A stretch of 20,744 nucleotides of DNA. Origin: Myxococcota bacterium (GTDB taxonomy: Bacteria; Myxococcota; XYA12-FULL-58-9; JALHOP01). How positions within the stretch are numbered: the first letter of the stretch is position 1; each line of letters opens with the position of its first letter. The DNA lies in NCBI GenBank assembly GCA_041288095.1, contig JBGGMJ010000074.1:1-20744 (forward strand), read 5' to 3'. Shown here piece after piece: positions 17,153-20,744 of the stretch. The position numbers and the translations under genes are program-made. Below the pieces are notes generated by a model. That model saw only the letters and a list, made by a program, of their open reading frames with translations, was not told where the DNA came from and did no database searches.

Positions 17153-18859
17153 GTGCGCCTGGCCATTACCCCTAGTGTTTCGATTCGGCTCATGACGGTC
17201 TGCGGCCTGGCGATTGCGACCACGGCAGCCACCGGCTGGATTGGCACGAGCGGCATGTTGGCCGCCGAAGCCAGCGTTCACGAGGTCCTCGCCGACCTGG
17301 GTGAGCTCGACGAGATCAAGCAAGCGCATGTCGACGTCCTCAGCGCCGTCCTCTTCGAGCACGAGACCTTCAGCTCGCCTGACGAAAGCGTGCAACAACG
17401 CTACGCCGGGCGAGCCTTGGCGACCATCGACGGCATCGACACCCACATGGAGGCTGTCGAGAGGACGGTCAGAGACGCCGCCACCATCGCGGACCTCGCC
17501 GAGGTTCGCCGGACCCTGCCCGCCTGGCGCGTCGCCGTCGAGCAGGTGACCCAGGCGAGCCCAGCCGACCCGGAAATCCTCGGCATGCTGAGCAGGGCGG
17601 ATTCCTTGGCCAACCAGATCATCAATGCCTTGGACCGGGTGACTACCAGCAAACGCACACTTGCGACCACAGCAGCCGACAGTGCCAGCGGGACGAGCTT
17701 CCGCGCCCGCGCTCAGCTCCTCATTGCCGCCTTGATTGGCGCCCTTCTCTGTTTCGGTGCCGGCTTCATCATCGCTCGCGGCATCATCCAGCCGCTCAAG
17801 CAATCGGTCGCGGTGCTCGAAGCGGTGGCCACCGGTGACTTCACGCGAACGCTCGACTTGGACAGCCGAGACGAGCTCGGCGCCATGGCCGGGGCTCTCA
17901 ACGGCGCCATCCGCAGCGTTCACGTCGCCCTCAACGACGTGCGCGAGGCCGCTGAAGCGGTCGCCAGTGCTTCCTACGAGCTCTCGGCCGCCGGCGACCA
18001 GATCTCCAGCGGGGCCCAAGCACAGGCATCCAGCCTCGAGGAGACCTCGGCGTCGCTTGCCGAGATGACGACCACGGTCAAGCAAAACGCCGACAACGCA
18101 GTGGCTGCCATAGCGGTCGCCAAGAACGCCCGCGAGGTCGCCGAGCAAGGCGGCGAGATTGTCAGCAGCGCCGTGTCCGCGATGATGGAGATCAACACGG
18201 CGGCCAAGAAGATCGGCGACATCATCACCACCATCGACGAGATCGCTTTCCAGACGAACCTCCTGGCGCTCAACGCCGCGGTGGAAGCGGCGCGCGCTGG
18301 AGAGCAAGGCCGTGGCTTCGCGGTGGTCGCGGGCGAAGTGCGCAACCTTGCCCAACGCAGCGCCACCTCGGCCAAGGAAATCCGCAGCCTCATCCATGAT
18401 TCGCTCGGGAAGGTGCAGAACGGCAGCACATTGGTCCACCGCTCCGGCGAAACGCTCCGCGAGATAGTGGTCGCAGTCGAGCGCATGTCCGGTATCGTGG
18501 ACGGCATCGCCGCCGCTTCACGCGACCAGGCAACGGGCATCGATCAACTCAACCGCACCGTGTCCCAGATGGACAAGGTGACTCAGGCCAACGCAGCGCA
18601 GACCGAAGAGCTCTCGGGCACGGCGCAATCCATGTCGTCGCAAGCCGAACAGCTACGCGACCTCGTGAGCCGCTTCCGCCTCACGCGCCTCGAAGCCACG
18701 CAGAGCGACAAGGCCGAGTGGCCGCCTCGTGGCCGGCGCACCGTGGCGCCGGAACACCGCCGCGCGGAGCTCGCGCGCTTGCAAGACGGAGAAGAAATCG
18801 GTGTCGGCGGGTTCAGCCGCGAAACGACCGATGTCGAGGGTGAGTTTCATGAGTTCTAG
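17153..18859 (+). CDS. methyl-accepting chemotaxis protein (TM-helical sensor-TM-HAMP-signalling domain) with C-terminal pentapeptide
   Basis: [40 protein letters not shown] hairpin, HAMP IIQPL...DELG, two TMs, C-terminus EFHEF. GTG 17153 follows AGGAGG (17141-17146) by 6 nt; ATG 17132 is an alternative start. Confidence 0.96.
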   Translation: MRLAITPSVSIRLMTVCGLAIATTAATGWIGTSGMLAAEASVHEVLADLGELDEIKQAHVDVLSAVLFEHETFSSPDESVQQRYAGRALATIDGIDTHMEAVERTVRDAATIADLAEVRRTLPAWRVAVEQVTQASPADPEILGMLSRADSLANQIINALDRVTTSKRTLATTAADSASGTSFRARAQLLIAALIGALLCFGAGFIIARGIIQPLKQSVAVLEAVATGDFTRTLDLDSRDELGAMAGALNGAIRSVHVALNDVREAAEAVASASYELSAAGDQISSGAQAQASSLEETSASLAEMTTTVKQNADNAVAAIAVAKNAREVAEQGGEIVSSAVSAMMEINTAAKKIGDIITTIDEIAFQTNLLALNAAVEAARAGEQGRGFAVVAGEVRNLAQRSATSAKEIRSLIHDSLGKVQNGSTLVHRSGETLREIVVAVERMSGIVDGIAAASRDQATGIDQLNRTVSQMDKVTQANAAQTEELSGTAQSMSSQAEQLRDLVSRFRLTRLEATQSDKAEWPPRGRRTVAPEHRRAELARLQDGEEIGVGGFSRETTDVEGEFHEF

Positions 18860-20120
18860 ATTGCAGTGGGCTACTTTGGCTGGGTGCCTTACGTTGAGCG
18901 TGACGGCGTTGGCGCAAGAGCAAGAAGGCGACGAGCCCGCACCGCCGCCCGAGGCCGGCACACCGCCCCCGACGCCGGCGGAGACCACGACGGGCTTCGG
19001 CTTCGAAGTCGGCCCGCTACCGATTGAGATCCATGGTTACGCGAGCCAAGGCTTCGTTATTTCCGACCACAACAACTACTACGCATCCGAAAGCGGGAAA
19101 GGCTCGCTGCGTCTCACCGAAGTCGCGCTCAATGCAACCTCGCAGGTCACCGAGCGCACGCGCATCGTGTTGCAAGTTGCGTCGGTCATCAATGACGAGG
19201 AGACCAAGCCTGGGTTGCGGCTCGATTTCGGCTTCGTCGACTATCGCTTCGCGGACGCCTTCGGCCTTCGGTTTGGACGGTATCGCGTGCTCAGCACGCT
19301 CTACAGCGAGGTCTGGGACACGGACATCGCAAGACTGCCGATCTTCATGCCGGCGAGCGTGTACGACCCGCAGGGCCGCCAGTTCTTCTTGAGCTCGCAG
19401 GGCGCTCAAGCTTACGGTTCGGTCCGTTCGCGCGAGGCCGGCAGCCTCGATTATGCAGTGAGCGTCGGCGCCTTGGCTCCGTTTTCGCTGGGTGGCGGCG
19501 ACATCAAGGTCGACTTCGTTTCAAGCGCGCGCCTCATCTACAATACGCCGATCGACGGTCTGCGCATTGGCACTAGCGGTATCTACGCCAACGGCAGCTC
19601 GGTCACCGACCTCGGCGCCATCGCGACCATCGGCTTGATCCAGGCAGGTCTCGCGCCCCCGACCTTCGATGGGCGCTTGGGCACGAGCCTCTCGGACCTG
19701 TGGCGTGTGGCCGCTTTCGCGGAGCTGAGCCTCGGCGGTTTCACACTCGCCGCCGAGTATTTGCGTATGGGCTTCGACTTGGCCGCCAAAGACCCCGCGT
19801 TCGCCGCGCTCATTCCGCCCGCGAACGCCAACAACGAAGATTTCTATGTGCTCGCGAGCTATCGCTTCACCGATCACTTCACCGCTGGCGGCTACGCTTC
19901 GTTTCACTTCGAGGACTACAAGCAACGCGATGCAAAAGATCCAGCGATGCACAGCTTCGACTATGCCGCGACGTTGCGCTTCGATCTTAATGCCTATCTT
20001 GCGTTCAAGGCCGAGCTGCACCGTATCTACGGCACGGCGCGGCTCATCGCCGACTTGAACCCTGGCGCGAAGTCGGACGAAGGCTGGCTCTTGGCGTTGC
20101 GCGCGACGGCGGCGTTCTAG
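18849..20120 (+). CDS. porin-like outer-membrane beta-barrel protein
   Basis: Signal peptide MSSRLQW...ALA-Q, Pro-rich linker, then alternating beta strands ([42 protein letters not shown]) and C-terminal Phe. Start overlaps the MCP end by 11 nt. Confidence 0.8.
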   Translation: MSSRLQWATLAGCLTLSVTALAQEQEGDEPAPPPEAGTPPPTPAETTTGFGFEVGPLPIEIHGYASQGFVISDHNNYYASESGKGSLRLTEVALNATSQVTERTRIVLQVASVINDEETKPGLRLDFGFVDYRFADAFGLRFGRYRVLSTLYSEVWDTDIARLPIFMPASVYDPQGRQFFLSSQGAQAYGSVRSREAGSLDYAVSVGALAPFSLGGGDIKVDFVSSARLIYNTPIDGLRIGTSGIYANGSSVTDLGAIATIGLIQAGLAPPTFDGRLGTSLSDLWRVAAFAELSLGGFTLAAEYLRMGFDLAAKDPAFAALIPPANANNEDFYVLASYRFTDHFTAGGYASFHFEDYKQRDAKDPAMHSFDYAATLRFDLNAYLAFKAELHRIYGTARLIADLNPGAKSDEGWLLALRATAAF

Positions 20121-20134
20121 TCATGGAGAGGTCG

Positions 20135-20575
20135 ATGAAACGGATCCTGGCTGCGATGCTCGCGATGGTGCTCGCAGGGGCGGCGCGTGAGGCGCGAGCC
20201 AACGAGCCCCTAGCTTACATGGTCATCGTCAACGCCGCGGTAAAGACGCCATCGGTATCAAAAGCGGACGTGCGTGACCTGTTCGCCAAGAAGCTGACGC
20301 GCTGGCCCGACGACGGCGCCGTCACACCTTTTGATTTGACGCCGAACGCCCCGCTACGCGCCGCCTTCAGCGCAGCCGTCTACAACAAGAGCCCGCAAGC
20401 AGTGCTCTCCGAGTGGCGCCAGCGCATCTTCACCGGCCAAGGCACGCCTCCTCGCGAGGTCAAGGACGAGGCTTCGATGATCGCAGCGGTCGCCGCGACC
20501 GCGGGCGGGCTGGGCTACGTTCGCGTCGGCACGGCGTTGCCGCCACAAGTTCGGATCCTCACGGTTGGCAACTAG
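20135..20575 (+). CDS. small exported protein resembling a single lobe of a PstS-like (PBP2) substrate-binding protein
   Basis: Signal peptide ending ARA-N. VIVN...SKADVRDLF...W and MIAAVAATAGGLGYV resemble PstS-family segments. ATG 20135 follows GGAG; 20123 is an alternative start. Confidence 0.78.
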   Translation: MKRILAAMLAMVLAGAAREARANEPLAYMVIVNAAVKTPSVSKADVRDLFAKKLTRWPDDGAVTPFDLTPNAPLRAAFSAAVYNKSPQAVLSEWRQRIFTGQGTPPREVKDEASMIAAVAATAGGLGYVRVGTALPPQVRILTVGN

Positions 20576-20582
20576 CCATGAT

Positions 20583-20744
20583 TCAAAGGCACACGAGGTC
20601 GTTGCAGATGCCCGATTCGAAGCGCGCCCGATAGACCGAGCCATTGGTGATTTGCAGATCGGCGACGTCGTGCGGCTCACGCCCGCGAAAATCGGAGAGC
20701 ATCACCGCGTTGGTCGCGCCGTGTGCGATGATCAGCACGGCGCC
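20583..20744 (-). CDS. histidine phosphatase (phosphoglycerate mutase-like) family protein, C-terminal part (not in the ORF track)
   Basis: Manual translation GAVLIIAHGATNAVMLSDFRGREPHDVADLQITNGSVYRARFESGICNDLVCL*. VLIxxHG and NGS match the second-His region of this family. Confidence 0.75.
   Translation of the reverse strand, partial: GAVLIIAHGATNAVMLSDFRGREPHDVADLQITNGSVYRARFESGICNDLVCL

Noticed and set aside
16562-18439. 625-aa minus-strand ORF
   Set aside because: Antisense to the MCP and out of frame over cheY. No recognisable domain.
18930-18985. CCG-rich repeat-like tract
   Set aside because: Encodes the Pro-rich linker of the porin; not a DNA repeat or CRISPR.
20135-20575. calling this pstS of a phosphate ABC transporter
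   Set aside because: About half the length of PstS, and no pstCAB nearby.
12385-20575. possible horizontally acquired chemotaxis island (seems to have slightly more A/T-ending codons)
   Set aside because: Impression only and not quantified. No integrase, tRNA or flanking repeats. A GC3 or codon-usage scan would be needed.

Overview
GC-rich bacterial window with dense coding. The Hanks-type kinase, lipoproteins and Omp85 suggest a Myxococcota/deltaproteobacterium-like diderm (inference). It holds four modules. (1) A partial OPT-family peptide transporter divergent from an ACE-like M2 peptidase lipoprotein. (2) A tightly coupled four-gene unit (2704-9605): membrane Ser/Thr kinase, TLC/NTT-type nucleotide transporter with a HEAT-like tail, POTRA-less Omp85 barrel that probably starts at a CTG, and an exported lipoprotein with atypical-kinase catalytic motifs. 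This is the best candidate for an undescribed system (ATP supply to an extracytoplasmic kinase). (3) A CgeB-type glycosyltransferase and a clan GH-A hydrolase lipoprotein, preceded by a secreted protein with a sigma28-like promoter. (4) A chemosensory locus, cheY-cheA-cheW-cheR/cheD fusion with no cheB, divergent from an MCP-porin-small PBP-like operon. The 3' end of a histidine-phosphatase gene closes the window. I saw no RNA genes, CRISPR arrays or mobile elements. All calls come from reading motifs by eye; no searches were run.
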